Positions 26,063-36,369 are shown, counted from the first letter of the stretch. The stretch is DNA of 64,000 nucleotides from an uncultured bacterium (GCA_963749445.1 CAVVMJ010000010.1:117738-181737), one strand, 5' to 3'. Notes: generated by a model not told the origin, from the letters alone. Numbers and translations are program-made.

Positions 26063-26977
26063 TTACTCGCCGTTATTGCTGAACTGGATAAACCAGGCTT
26101 CGTCCGACCCACGACCGGGACGGAAACCTACCCCCTCAAACAAAGGCTTCTTTGGGGTGATGGTCAAAAGTTCTCCTAATTTGAGTTCCAAAGCCCAGTT
26201 CACGCAACGTTTGACAAGCTCTTTTCCAATCCCCCTCCCTGAGAACCCGCGGAGCACCACAAGAGTCCTGACCTCGCCGACATGACGTTTACCCTTCTTC
26301 CGCCGGAATTGTGTTAGCGCTATGGACCCAACCACTTCACCCCCAGCAATCGCAACGATGAACTCCGACTTCCGGGGGAAAAGCTTAGTACCCGGTTGAA
26401 TCAAAGTGCGTCTGTACATCCGGGCTAGCTTCTTAATCCCCTCCCAGTGGAAACTGGTTGTTGCCTTGACAAACTTTACCCCAACGATGGGTTTGAGTTC
26501 GAAAGGCTGACGGCCCTTTAAGGACATCAGCAACGCGTGCTTTTGCCCATGCAACCGCCGAAAGCCCACTTTGCGGAAAAGGGCCTTGTCCTGCTCATTG
26601 ATCGTGGCTAAGACCTGGTAAATTCCCAAATCCCACGCACGATCGACACAAAACTGGACAAGGATTTCGGAGAACCGCTCTCTGTACCAGGCGTTCCTGA
26701 AAGTAAAACTCCGAATCTCTCCGTATTTAAAGTTGCGTTTGTAGGTGAGCAGGGCACAACAACCCTTGACTAGGCGTCTTTTGCCTCGCACCAGAAGGAC
26801 GATAAAGTCCGACCAATGAGGCAAGTTTGTATGCTGCAGATTTGGATCTTTGAGAACTAGCCGTTGAATCGCAGGCCAGTCCCGTTTCTTTGCCGGCCTG
26901 ATAACGATCATCGTCTTTTCCTCCCGCGAAACTTCGCCGGCTGGCAAAATCTCGCGGCGGGAAAAAATCATCCACAA
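26063..26977 (-). CDS. tandem GNAT-family N-acetyltransferase
   Basis: Two acetyl-CoA-binding motifs (...IAGGEVVGSIAL... and ...RGFSGRGIGKELV...). The start may be the internal MIVIRPAKK. Confidence 0.6.
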   Translation of the reverse strand: MWMIFSRREILPAGEVSREEKTMIVIRPAKKRDWPAIQRLVLKDPNLQHTNLPHWSDFIVLLVRGKRRLVKGCCALLTYKRNFKYGEIRSFTFRNAWYRERFSEILVQFCVDRAWDLGIYQVLATINEQDKALFRKVGFRRLHGQKHALLMSLKGRQPFELKPIVGVKFVKATTSFHWEGIKKLARMYRRTLIQPGTKLFPRKSEFIVAIAGGEVVGSIALTQFRRKKGKRHVGEVRTLVVLRGFSGRGIGKELVKRCVNWALELKLGELLTITPKKPLFEGVGFRPGRGSDEAWFIQFSNNGE

Positions 26978-27065
26978 AATAAAAAATCGACACTACTGGG
27001 CATAATTTTGGACTATAAGCCCATTTATGTCAATTTTGTCAATTGTGACCAATTTTGTTCAATCT

Positions 27066-27452
27066 CTAATGAACCTTCGTGTCGTGCCACTGCCCGTGGC
27101 GGATGGCAATATGGCGCTTTTTATTCATTATAAAAACAAACACCATCATTGTGCCGTAACCCGCCCAGAGGCCGACCGTGGAGAACATCGCAAAACCGAC
27201 CAGCGGCGCGGTAACCAGCGCGTCCACCAACAAGTTCAAAACCAGCCACAAAAAAGCGGCAAAAATCGCTTCCAAATAATTCATCACCCCGATCCCGCGA
27301 ACCAAAAAAGTCACGGCCACCGCCACTATGGCGCAATACAAAAATTCCCAAGCCAAGCTGCCGTAGTTAACGGAGCTGAAATAAACAAACTTTAGGGCAA
27401 ACAGCACCGCGGCCTGAAGCAATAAGGTAAAATAAAATTTCTTGGCTGTCAT
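27066..27452 (-). CDS. hypothetical membrane protein
   Basis: 128 aa, about 4 TM helices. Confidence 0.45.
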   Translation of the reverse strand: MTAKKFYFTLLLQAAVLFALKFVYFSSVNYGSLAWEFLYCAIVAVAVTFLVRGIGVMNYLEAIFAAFLWLVLNLLVDALVTAPLVGFAMFSTVGLWAGYGTMMVFVFIMNKKRHIAIRHGQWHDTKVH

Positions 27453-27474
27453 CTTGGATTGATGTTGATGGGCA

Positions 27475-27563
27475 CCTTCGAGGGGTAGTTTAGTTAGCGA
27501 TGATGGATGCGCTGAACCGCAAACATCCGATAACTTTTATAGCCGCCCGAAGGTGCCCATCAA
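27475..27563. mobile_element. MITE family 1 copy
   Basis: TTGATGGGCACCTTCG ... CGAAGGTGCCCATCAA. Confidence 0.8.
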
Positions 27564-27576
27564 AACATATAAAAAA

Positions 27577-28059
27577 TTAAACCTTCTTGCTCTTTTGCGT
27601 TGCCGGTTTTTTTCTGATTATCCGCCGTCTGATGGGAACCGGTTTTAATATTTCCCTTGGAATTTCCCGGACCAAATTCTCCGCCTCGGACAAATCTTCA
27701 ACCAGCTGGTGCTTAACCTCTTCTACCCGCGCTTTAAAATCCTGATAAGCAGGCTTTGGCGGAAACAAATAATTGCGCGCGTGATGCAGGCTGCCGCGCC
27801 AGGCCCCGCGTTCGTAAACCAGCTCATACCAGTAATTTCCCAGCCAAATGCCGTACCAGCTGCCGCAAAGCATAGACAAAAGTAAGGTAATATCGTCAAT
27901 AGCCACAAATTCCAGATAGCCGCTGGAAGTCCAATGAAACGCGCCGTAATCCACCAATATCAAATAAGACAACACAATGATGCGCTGCAGCACCAAAAAC
28001 AGCAGCACCCCAAGCAATGAGCACAAAAACACATAAACTGACCTTTTTACCCCGCCCAT
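27577..28059 (-). CDS. hypothetical membrane protein
   Basis: 160 aa, N-terminal TM helices. Confidence 0.45.
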   Translation of the reverse strand: MGGVKRSVYVFLCSLLGVLLFLVLQRIIVLSYLILVDYGAFHWTSSGYLEFVAIDDITLLLSMLCGSWYGIWLGNYWYELVYERGAWRGSLHHARNYLFPPKPAYQDFKARVEEVKHQLVEDLSEAENLVREIPREILKPVPIRRRIIRKKPATQKSKKV

Positions 28060-28140
28060 ATATTTTTATTTCGTTAGATTAATTTTGATTTATTATAGGA
28101 TAGTTTGTCGCAAATAGCAAATTCCACGCTCTTCACGACG

Positions 28141-28230
28141 AAATTGCGAGGAGCCGGGGCTTTATCCGGCGACGAAGCAATCCCGATAAATATCAACTGG
28201 GCTGCTTTGGATGCACTCGCAGCTTCCATT
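28141..28230. mobile_element. MITE family 2 copy (AAATTGCGAGGAGCC.GGGCTTTATC.GGCGACGAAGCAATCCCGATA ... GCACTCGC)
   Basis: Shared 50-nt 5' block with the copies at 31240, 38811 and 31498 (inverted). Confidence 0.75.
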
Positions 28231-28248
28231 ATTTTTTTACTCCCTTTA

Positions 28249-29256
28249 CTACCTCGCGCTCAAAATACTTTTTTTGTAACTGTCCAAGTTGTCCAAAGCC
28301 ACGCCCGTGCCTTTGGCTACACAGAGGAGCGGCTGTTCGGCAACGAAACAGGAGACGCCCACGCTTTGCGCGATGTAGTGGTCAAGGTTGCGCAGCAAAG
28401 CGCTGCCGCCAGTCATAACCATGCCTTTATCGATGATATCCGAAGCCAGTTCCGGCGGCGTGTCCTGGAGCACGGTTTTAACGGCCCTGACTATTTCCTT
28501 TAATTCATCATGGATGGCTTCCACGACTTCGTTGGTGGTGACGGTAACGGTTTTGGGCAGGCCGGAAACCATATCACGGCCCTTAATTTCCATAACTTCC
28601 TCTTCGGGCACGGCCAGGGCGCTGCCGATGGTGATTTTGATTTCTTCGGCCGTGCGGTCGCCGATGGCAATGCTGTGCTTTTTGCGGACAAAGTCGATGA
28701 TAGCCTGGTCAAAACGGTTGCCGGCCACGCGCACCGAAGTGGAGTTGACAATCCCGCCAAGCGACAGTACGGCCACGTCCGTGGTGCCGCCGCCAATGTC
28801 GATGATTAAATTCCCCGAAGCCGAAGCAATCGGGATGCCGGCGCCAATGGCCGCGGCCACGGTTTCTTTGATTACATACGCGGCCTTGGCGCCGGCCGCC
28901 ATGGCCGCGTCCACCACGGCCCGCCGTTCGGTGGAAGTAATGCCGCCGGGAACGCTAATCATGACCTCGGGCCGGAAAAACCTAATGTTGCCCAAAGCTT
29001 TATTAATAAAATAACGCAGCATGGCTTCGGTCACGCGGTAATCGGCAATCACGCCGTCCTTCATCGGCCGACTGGCCACAATGGTTTCCGGCGTGCGCCC
29101 GAGCATTTCCTTGGCTTCCTGGCCCACGGCCAAAACGCGGTTATCGTCAAGCGAAATCGCCACCACGGTCGGCTCGTTAATAATTATTCCCCGCTTGGGC
29201 AAATAAACCAAAGTGTTGGCCGTGCCCAGGTCTATCCCGATTTTGTTCTGAAACAT
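28249..29256 (-). CDS. mreB: rod-shape-determining actin homolog MreB
   Basis: MFQNKIGIDLGTANTLVY...; the ORF-track N-terminal extension (QLQLQLQL) is read-through of the aattgt repeat. Confidence 0.85.
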   Translation of the reverse strand: MFQNKIGIDLGTANTLVYLPKRGIIINEPTVVAISLDDNRVLAVGQEAKEMLGRTPETIVASRPMKDGVIADYRVTEAMLRYFINKALGNIRFFRPEVMISVPGGITSTERRAVVDAAMAAGAKAAYVIKETVAAAIGAGIPIASASGNLIIDIGGGTTDVAVLSLGGIVNSTSVRVAGNRFDQAIIDFVRKKHSIAIGDRTAEEIKITIGSALAVPEEEVMEIKGRDMVSGLPKTVTVTTNEVVEAIHDELKEIVRAVKTVLQDTPPELASDIIDKGMVMTGGSALLRNLDHYIAQSVGVSCFVAEQPLLCVAKGTGVALDNLDSYKKSILSAR

Positions 29257-29258
29257 GA

Positions 29259-29331
29259 ATAATTGTAATTGTAATTGTAATTGTAATTGGTTATTAGTTG
29301 TAGCGGCCGGTTTAGTCATTAGTTATTAGGC
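29259..29331. repeat. aattgt-word palindrome
   Basis: aattgtaattgtaattgtaattgtaattggttattagttgtagcggccggtttagtcattagttattagg. Confidence 0.6.
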
Positions 29332-29471
29332 AAAAGGCGGAAAGACCTAAGACCACCGCCTTACAACCACACTGGCCGCCACAACCTATAACCTATTCCT
29401 TATTCAATGCTTATTATAACAAAACCGCGCCGTTTGTTAAAGCCCGGATTTTGAGCTAAAATAATGTCATC

Positions 29472-30773
29472 ATGAGCAAAAAAATCCGCTACATCCTGCT
29501 GGCCGGCATTTTTGTGGTTTTTTTGATTCTGGCGCCCTTAGTTGTCCTGTATGTCCGGGGCATGAGTTTTGATTTTGCCCAAAAAAAATTCGTGCAAACC
29601 GGCGTTTTGATTCTGCGAGGCGACCCAGGCGACGCCCGGGTTTCATTGGATGGCAAGCCGGTCAGCCAATCGGTTAAAGATTTAGATTTTCTGCTGCCCG
29701 GAGAATACCAAATCGCGCTGAAAAAAACCGGTTACCAGACTTGGGAAAAACGCCTGACCGTGGCCGGCGGGCAGGTAACCTGGGGCAGCCCGGTCAATGG
29801 CAAAATTTATCTTTTTTTAGGCCAGCCGAAAATATCAAACCTCACCGGACCGGTGGCGAATTTTTTGCTGCTGCCTAGTCAAGACCGCTTAGCCGTCCTG
29901 AATCAAAACAGCTTGATGATTGGCCCGCCTGACAATCCGAGCAGCGGCGTTGCGTTTACTTTGCCTAAATCAGCCGACTCAATAGTTGCCAGCGCCGGCG
30001 GCGATGAGTTTATTTTGCAAAACGCTTCGGGTACGGTTGCGACTGCTCTTTACGCCAGTCTGCCGGATAAAAAAATCATTGACCTAAGCGGCCTGTTTGC
30101 CGGTCCCGCAACTTGGAGTTTTGACGGTAACGGCCGGCTGTACGCTTTATCGGGCAACAATTTTTATCTGATAACTCCCGGGAGCCGGGACAAACTCCTG
30201 CTGCAAAACTCCGTTTTGTCCGCGACTTTCCTGAATAACGACTTGTACCTCCTAAAACAAGAAGCCACCAGCACAAGTTTGCAAATTTGCCCCGACCCGG
30301 CCCAAGCCTGCCAGGATATTACCGATAACCTACCGGCATTCAAGCAGGCCGAAATCATTATCACTTTTGAAAAACAGGTTTTTTTGCTGGCTGACGGCGC
30401 ATTCTATAAATTCGGCGGCAGCCTGGAACTCCTGGATGACAACATCACCGCCTGGAATTTTGACGCCGGCCAATCAACGCTAATATTTTTCCGCGACGGC
30501 GAACTGGACTACATCAATCCCTTTGACAATAATCTTGATTTTATTACCCGCCGTAGCGACCGGCTCACAAATCCGCTACTCAGCTTAAGCTTAAACGAGA
30601 CCTTTTTCGCGGAGAACAACAAAATCAAAGTCCTGGAATTGGATACCCGCGACCACCAGAACGAATATGATTTGTACTCCGGCGCCGACATAAAAAAATT
30701 CGCCCTTTTCGGCGACGGCAGGACTTTGCTGGTGCTGGATGGGGGTACGCTGAAAACTGTAAATATCAGATAA
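29472..30773 (+). CDS. membrane-anchored PEGA-domain protein
   Basis: N-terminal TM helix; PEGA-like DARVSLDGKPV...PGEYQIALKKTGYQTWEKRLTV. Confidence 0.6.
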   Translation: MSKKIRYILLAGIFVVFLILAPLVVLYVRGMSFDFAQKKFVQTGVLILRGDPGDARVSLDGKPVSQSVKDLDFLLPGEYQIALKKTGYQTWEKRLTVAGGQVTWGSPVNGKIYLFLGQPKISNLTGPVANFLLLPSQDRLAVLNQNSLMIGPPDNPSSGVAFTLPKSADSIVASAGGDEFILQNASGTVATALYASLPDKKIIDLSGLFAGPATWSFDGNGRLYALSGNNFYLITPGSRDKLLLQNSVLSATFLNNDLYLLKQEATSTSLQICPDPAQACQDITDNLPAFKQAEIIITFEKQVFLLADGAFYKFGGSLELLDDNITAWNFDAGQSTLIFFRDGELDYINPFDNNLDFITRRSDRLTNPLLSLSLNETFFAENNKIKVLELDTRDHQNEYDLYSGADIKKFALFGDGRTLLVLDGGTLKTVNIR

Positions 30774-30799
30774 CAATCTTTACTATCACGCAACATTAA

Positions 30800-31216
30800 C
30801 TACGCTTGTAGCGCTTCGTCAATAGCTTCATTCACCAACTTATCGGCTTCCTGATTTTGCTCGCGGGGAACGTGACGAAAGGTCACGTTTTTAAAATGAT
30901 TGCGTAATTTTAAGACATCGGCGGCCAAAAGTTTGAGCGCCGGCTCTTTGATTTTGTACTGCCCGTTCATTTGGCGGACAATCAATTCCGAATCCATTCG
31001 AATCTCTAGGGCTAAGGGTTTAGGGCTAAGGGCTAAGGCTTCTGACAATGCCAAAATCAATGCCCGATACTCAGCCACGTTGTTCGTGGCTGCGCCGATG
31101 TATTGCTTATGCCGGCTGATGATTTTTTGATGCTCATCGGCAATGACCGCGCCAATCCCGGCCGGCCCCGGATTGCCCCTCGCCCCCCCGTCGGTATTGA
31201 TAATAAGTTTTGTCAT
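30800..31216 (-). CDS. rnhA: ribonuclease HI with short in-frame gggctaag repeat insertion
   Basis: INTDGGARGNPGPAGIGAVI...EYRALILAL...; LALSPKPLALE is encoded by ctagggctaagggtttagggctaagggctaagg (31006-31039). Confidence 0.8.
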   Translation of the reverse strand: MTKLIINTDGGARGNPGPAGIGAVIADEHQKIISRHKQYIGAATNNVAEYRALILALSEALALSPKPLALEIRMDSELIVRQMNGQYKIKEPALKLLAADVLKLRNHFKNVTFRHVPREQNQEADKLVNEAIDEALQA

Positions 31217-31239
31217 CTGAAATTTTTTTGTATAACGTA

Positions 31240-31336
31240 GAAATTGCGAGGAGCCAGGGCTTTATCTGGCGACGAAGCAATCCCGATATTTTTTGGGATT
31301 GCCGCGCCCCTCGCTGCATCGGGGCTCGCAATTTCC
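31240..31336. mobile_element. MITE family 2 copy
   Basis: gaaattgcgaggagccagggctttatctggcgacgaagcaatcccgata...ggctcgcaatttcc. Confidence 0.8.
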
Positions 31337-31344
31337 ACTAATTT

Positions 31345-33225
31345 TCAAACTGATTTTCTAATATCTATAATCCGCAGTTTCGCCTGCTCGTATCCATTCC
31401 ATCCGTCGCGGATGAGTTCCGCCGCAACGTCTACATTATCGCCCACTTTTAAAGTTTTGGCAAAATCGCCGCAGTTGAACATTATGGCCGGTATGATGAG
31501 CCTTGTCATTCCTGAAATCGCGAGTGCAGCCGAAGCGATCCAGTTCTTTAGCAGGATTGCTTCGCCCTCGGCTGCACTCGGGCTCGCAATTTCATCGTTT
31601 GAGCTTAACTGCATCTGCAAGTGCTGCTGGCTAGTTCCAACCAGCCGGACGGAATTGATTTTTAAATTGCGGATGAGAAACTTGGGTTTGGGGTTGCCCA
31701 CGCCGAGGGGCTCTAATTGCTGCAACAATTGACAATTAACAATTGACAATTGACTGCCATCCAGTTCTGCTTCCAATAATAACTGATGATGTAAATCAGT
31801 TTCAGAAAGGCTTGCCTCCGCGTACTCCAAAATCTTTTTATAAAATTCCTCGTATTCCGCGGTTTTCAAAGTCAGTCCCGCGGCCTGCTGGTGCCCGCCG
31901 AATTTTACAAGATGTTCGGAAGCAAATTTTAATGCCTCAATAATATTAAATTCCCCAACCGTGCGCGCCGAGCCGGTAGATTCCGTTTCCCCTCTATCTA
32001 AAATAATCGTCGGCTTGTAAAATTCTTCCGCAATGCGACCCGCCACCAAACCGACCACGCCTTTGGGCCAATCCCGCCCTAGCAGAATCAAAACTTTGCG
32101 GTCTTGGTATTTTACCGCCTGCTCGCGCGCTTCACTTAGCAACTGCCCGGTCAAATCCTGCCGGCGGCGGTTAATTTGCTCCAAGGCCAAGGCTTTTTGC
32201 TGGGCGGCCAACGCATCGGTTTCCATTAAAAGATGTAGGGCGACATTGGCGTGCTCCAACCGGCCCGCGGCATTCAGCCGCGGCGCAATGATAAAGCCAA
32301 GTGTATAAGTATCCATCGGTTTCCAGAAGGCGCCCTCTTGCAGACCGGCTGATATCATCAGCGCTTTCAAACCAACCCACCGCGTCTTAGCCAAAACCTT
32401 GAGCCCGTATTTTACCAAAATCCGGTTTTCGCCGAGCAGACTGTGGCAGTCCGCCACCGTGCCGATGGCGACAAGGTCTAACAGCCATTTTTCCCATCCT
32501 TGAATAACGGATGATCCGCGTGTAAATCCGCGTAGCCGATCCGCGTGTAAATCCGCGGCGCGCAGCAACCCACAGGCCAATTTAAACGCCACGCCCACCC
32601 CAGTTAAGTCGTGATACAGATATTTGTCGCCTGAATTTTTTGGATTTATCAGCGCGTAGGCTTTCGGCAGTTCGCCGATGATTTCATGGTGATCGGTAAT
32701 GATTAAATCGATATTGTTCGCGCGACAAAAATTAGCGGCGTCAACCGAGTTTGTGCCGCAGTCAACGGTAATGATTATCCTTGATCCTCCATCCTTAATC
32801 TTTGACAATGCGTCAACGTTGACCCCATAACCTTCGGCAAACCTGTCGGGGATGTAACTTTCAACCTCAACGCCCAAATAACGAAACGTTTGCTGCAACA
32901 CGGCATTGGCCGTAACCGCATCCGCGTCGTAGTCGCCATAAATACAAATTCGCTGATGTTTATCAATCGCTTCCCAAATCCTGTCCACCGCCTTTTGCAT
33001 ATCCCCAAACAAAAACGGGCCATGCAAATTTTCATACTTGGGATATAAAAATTCCTCAATCTGATTTTTCTCGGTTAATCCTCGATTAAACAACAATTGA
33101 GACAACAATCGCAAATCCCCTTCCCCTCTGGGGGAAGGTGGCCGGAGGCCAGATGAGGGTTCTCTGTGAATATTTGTCTGATTTTCGCCAAAATCTCTTC
33201 CGTCACCTGCGATTTTAGTTTCCAA
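31345..33225 (-). CDS. recJ: single-stranded-DNA exonuclease RecJ (DHH/DHHA1), with in-frame MITE family 2 copy near the C-terminus and a disturbed N-terminus
   Basis: DHH motifs (ITVDCG...ITDHHE). Residues DEIASPSAAEGEAILLKNWIASAALAISGMTR are encoded by repeat 31498-31596. A GC-rich repeat at 33110-33170 separates an upstream MPKNWKLKSQVTEEILAKI segment in another frame. Confidence 0.75.
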   Translation of the reverse strand: METKIAGDGRDFGENQTNIHREPSSGLRPPSPRGEGDLRLLSQLLFNRGLTEKNQIEEFLYPKYENLHGPFLFGDMQKAVDRIWEAIDKHQRICIYGDYDADAVTANAVLQQTFRYLGVEVESYIPDRFAEGYGVNVDALSKIKDGGSRIIITVDCGTNSVDAANFCRANNIDLIITDHHEIIGELPKAYALINPKNSGDKYLYHDLTGVGVAFKLACGLLRAADLHADRLRGFTRGSSVIQGWEKWLLDLVAIGTVADCHSLLGENRILVKYGLKVLAKTRWVGLKALMISAGLQEGAFWKPMDTYTLGFIIAPRLNAAGRLEHANVALHLLMETDALAAQQKALALEQINRRRQDLTGQLLSEAREQAVKYQDRKVLILLGRDWPKGVVGLVAGRIAEEFYKPTIILDRGETESTGSARTVGEFNIIEALKFASEHLVKFGGHQQAAGLTLKTAEYEEFYKKILEYAEASLSETDLHHQLLLEAELDGSQLSIVNCQLLQQLEPLGVGNPKPKFLIRNLKINSVRLVGTSQQHLQMQLSSNDEIASPSAAEGEAILLKNWIASAALAISGMTRLIIPAIMFNCGDFAKTLKVGDNVDVAAELIRDGWNGYEQAKLRIIDIRKSV

Positions 33226-33269
33226 TTTTTAGGCATATCAATTATTGTATCATTATCTTAAATACAATT

Positions 33270-33297
33270 GTAGGGGCGGGTCTAGACCCGCCCCTAC
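33270..33297. repeat. short perfect palindrome gtaggggcgggtctagacccgcccctac
   Basis: Same family as 24563-24591 and 25091-25144 (inside dinB) and 53803-53831. Confidence 0.75.
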
Positions 33298-33318
33298 AAA
33301 GCAATCCTTGATATATAA

Positions 33319-34923
33319 CTAGCGGCTCTCAATCACATCCAGCAAATTCACGCCGGTCATTTCACGAGGTTTGGGCAGGCCGAACAAATCCAAAATCGTG
33401 GGCGCGACGTCGCAGATTACGCCTTCCGGCACCATAGCCGCCAGGGCCGCAAAACCGCGCCGGCGCGGCGCGCTGAATTTAAACTCGTTAGCGATTAGCA
33501 AAAACGGCACCGGATTGGTAGTATGGTCTTTGTCAATCTCGCCGGTTTTGGTGTTGATCATTTGTTCGCAGTTGCCGTGGTCGGAAGTTAAAATTAACAC
33601 CGCGTCGCAAAGCAACGCCGCGTTCATAATTTTCTTTAGGCAATCATCCAAAAATTCTACGGCCAAAACGCAGGCTTTAAGGTTGCCGGTATGCCCGACC
33701 ATGTCGGAGTTGGCGTAATTGGCCACGAAAAAATTGGTTTTGGTGCCCGAAATCCTATCCGTTAAAATTTTAGTGAGCTCCGCCGCCGACATTTGGGGAT
33801 GGTCCACGTAGTTGCGGCTGTTTTCCGGGCTGGTAACGATTACCCGCTCCTCGCCGGGCAGCTTTTCGGTGCGGCCGCAGTTAAAAAACGAAGTCACGTG
33901 GGCGTACTTTTCGCTTTCGGCAATGTGGAACTGGCTATAGCCACGGCGCGACAAAATTTCGGCCAAATTGTTTTTTAAATCCACGGGCGGGAAAGCGGCT
34001 TCCGCCGGCAGCCCGGGAGCGTACTGGGTCATGGTGGCAAAATACAGATGCTGCAGCCGCCGGCCCAAAAACCCGTCCGGAATTTTACCGGGCTCCACAA
34101 ACGCCCTTGTTAACTGCAGCGTCCGGTCGGAACGGTAATTAAAAAAAATCACGGCATCGTTGTCGGCAATCCTGCCCACCGCAGCGCCGTCTTCGCGCAC
34201 CATAACCGTAGGCTTAATCATCTCGTCAAAAATTTGCTGATCGTAATTGTGCTTTAAGCAGAGCTCCGCCGACACGGCCGTCTCGCCAACACCTTCTACC
34301 AGGGCCTGGTAAGTCAAAAACGTCTGGTTCCAATGGCCGCCGCGGTCCATGGCGTAAAACCGGCCCGTCACGGTGGCAATCTGGCCGACGCCGGTGATGG
34401 CGATTTTTTCCCGCAGTTTTTTCAGCGTGTCCAAAGCGACTTTTTCCGCGGTGTCGCGCCCGTCCGTAAACATATGGATAAACACGCGCTTGAAATTCCG
34501 TTCGGCGCAAAGGCCCAAAAGCGCGTACAAATGTTCATCCAGACTGTGGACGCCGCCGGGGCTGACCATCCCCATTAAATGCAAATTGGAATTATTATGT
34601 TCAGCGTGTTCAATGGCGCCCAAAAAAACCGGGTTGGAAAAAAACTCACGGTTTTGGACGGCTAAGGAAATGCGCGGCAAATCCTGGCCCACAATCCGGC
34701 CGGCGCCCAAATTCAAATGGCCGACTTCGCTGTTGCCCATTTCGCCCCAGGGCAGGCCGACCAAAGGCCCGCTGGCCTGCAAAGCCAAGGCAGGGTAATT
34801 GGCCATAATGTAATTTAACGTCGGCGTCCCGGCGCGGGTAATGGCGTTGCCGGGCACGGCCGGCGCCACGCCGAAACCGTCAAAAATCACCAGGACAACC
34901 TTTTTGTAATATTTGTGGCTCAC
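33319..34923 (-). CDS. gpmI: 2,3-bisphosphoglycerate-independent phosphoglycerate mutase
   Basis: VVLVIFDGFGV...GNSEVGHLNLGAGR...FTDGRDT... Confidence 0.9.
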   Translation of the reverse strand: MSHKYYKKVVLVIFDGFGVAPAVPGNAITRAGTPTLNYIMANYPALALQASGPLVGLPWGEMGNSEVGHLNLGAGRIVGQDLPRISLAVQNREFFSNPVFLGAIEHAEHNNSNLHLMGMVSPGGVHSLDEHLYALLGLCAERNFKRVFIHMFTDGRDTAEKVALDTLKKLREKIAITGVGQIATVTGRFYAMDRGGHWNQTFLTYQALVEGVGETAVSAELCLKHNYDQQIFDEMIKPTVMVREDGAAVGRIADNDAVIFFNYRSDRTLQLTRAFVEPGKIPDGFLGRRLQHLYFATMTQYAPGLPAEAAFPPVDLKNNLAEILSRRGYSQFHIAESEKYAHVTSFFNCGRTEKLPGEERVIVTSPENSRNYVDHPQMSAAELTKILTDRISGTKTNFFVANYANSDMVGHTGNLKACVLAVEFLDDCLKKIMNAALLCDAVLILTSDHGNCEQMINTKTGEIDKDHTTNPVPFLLIANEFKFSAPRRRGFAALAAMVPEGVICDVAPTILDLFGLPKPREMTGVNLLDVIESR

Positions 34924-34940
34924 GTCAAAGACTCTTCCTG

Positions 34941-35024
34941 TCTTTACTAACTACTAATCTTTACGAATATACTAATGTCGGCAAACTTATTCGTATATTA
35001 GTATTGATTGTAGTCAGTAAAGAC
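34941..35024. repeat. tactaat/cgtata-word palindrome
   Basis: tctttactaactactaatctttacgaatatactaatg...ttattcgtatattagtattgattgtagtcagtaaaga. Confidence 0.65.
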
Positions 35025-35026
35025 AA

Positions 35027-36280
35027 TTATTTGGTTTTTATTTGTTCCTCAATTTCCATCAACCGGTTATATTTGCACACTCTTTCCCCTCTTGTCGGCC
35101 CAACTTTAATCCACTTGCTGCCGACTGCCACGGCCAAATCCACCAAAAAAGTATCGTTAGTCTCCCCGCCGCCGCGATGGGAAGGGATAGTAAGCATCTG
35201 ATGTTTGTTTGCAAGTAAACAGCAATCCATAGTTTCAGTAACCGTGCCGGCCTGGTTTAGTTTGATAAGAATGGCGTTGGCCGCTTTGAGGTCAATGGCT
35301 TTTTGCCATAATTTGACATTGGTCACGGTCAAATCATCGGCCACAAGCGGGATTGGCGATTGGCTCATTAAAACCGGCCAGTGCTCCCAGTCAAATTCCG
35401 ACAGTAAATCTTCCCAGCAGATGATTGGGTATTTTTTGAGCCAGCCCAGGTACATTTTGATTAATTCCTCGGCCGACAAAATTTTGTTTTCGGCCGCGAG
35501 GTGGTATTTGCCGTCCTTATAAAATTCCGAAGCCGCGGCGTCAATGTATATTCCAGCGTCATCGTAAATTCTATAACCAGCTTTTGTTATGGCTTCAGTT
35601 AAAAGTTCCAAAGGTTTTTCGTTATCCGCAATGCCCTCCGGCGCGAACGCCCCTTCATTGCCCACGTTGGTGGCAAAACCTTTTTCGTGCATAATCGCTT
35701 TTAGGGCTTTATAAACCTCTTCCATCATCCGGATATTTTCCGCCGACGACTGCTCTTTGGTCACCGCTAAAATATATTCCTGCAAATCCGTGGAATTGTC
35801 CGCGTGCTTGCCGCCCTCGATGAACACAGCCAGCGGTTTTGGCAAACGCCAGTCTTTATCCGCAATTTGATAAGCCTGACGCAGATATCGGTATAATTCT
35901 AAATTTTCAGATAACGCCGCGGCCCGCGCAACCGCCATAGATACCCCCAAAATCGCATTAGCACCAAAATTAGACTTGTTTTCAGTACCATCGGCCTGGA
36001 TCATCATATCATCAATTTTGCGCTGCTGAGAGGCAATTTGGCCTACAATCAAAGGGGTAATTTTTGCATTTACATTAGCAACCGCTTTAAGCATGCCTTT
36101 GCCGTTATAACGTTTTTTATCCCCATCAAGCAGCACAAAAGCCTCTTTGCTGCCCGCAGAAGCCCCGTAAGAAACCGATGCCCGGCCAACCGCCCCCGAC
36201 TCCAAAGTTACGTCCACTTCCACGCTCGGCTCCCCGCCGCTGGCCAAAATCTCCCTGGCAAAAATTTTCGCGATTTTCAT
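35027..36280 (-). CDS. eno: enolase
   Basis: MKIAKIFAREILASGGEPSVEVDV...; ~418 aa from the ATG at 36280. Confidence 0.9.
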   Translation of the reverse strand: MKIAKIFAREILASGGEPSVEVDVTLESGAVGRASVSYGASAGSKEAFVLLDGDKKRYNGKGMLKAVANVNAKITPLIVGQIASQQRKIDDMMIQADGTENKSNFGANAILGVSMAVARAAALSENLELYRYLRQAYQIADKDWRLPKPLAVFIEGGKHADNSTDLQEYILAVTKEQSSAENIRMMEEVYKALKAIMHEKGFATNVGNEGAFAPEGIADNEKPLELLTEAITKAGYRIYDDAGIYIDAAASEFYKDGKYHLAAENKILSAEELIKMYLGWLKKYPIICWEDLLSEFDWEHWPVLMSQSPIPLVADDLTVTNVKLWQKAIDLKAANAILIKLNQAGTVTETMDCCLLANKHQMLTIPSHRGGGETNDTFLVDLAVAVGSKWIKVGPTRGERVCKYNRLMEIEEQIKTK

Positions 36281-36369
36281 ATCTTTTGATAATTTAATAT
36301 CTAACTTTACTATAGCACAAAAAAACAGGCTTTGTTTGGTTTTCATTCTAAATCCCGCAAACTTTAGCG

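Noticed and set aside
31244-31732. 162-aa plus-strand ORF
   Set aside because: It runs through two MITE family 2 copies and lies antisense to the recJ C-terminus. It is a repeat read-through.
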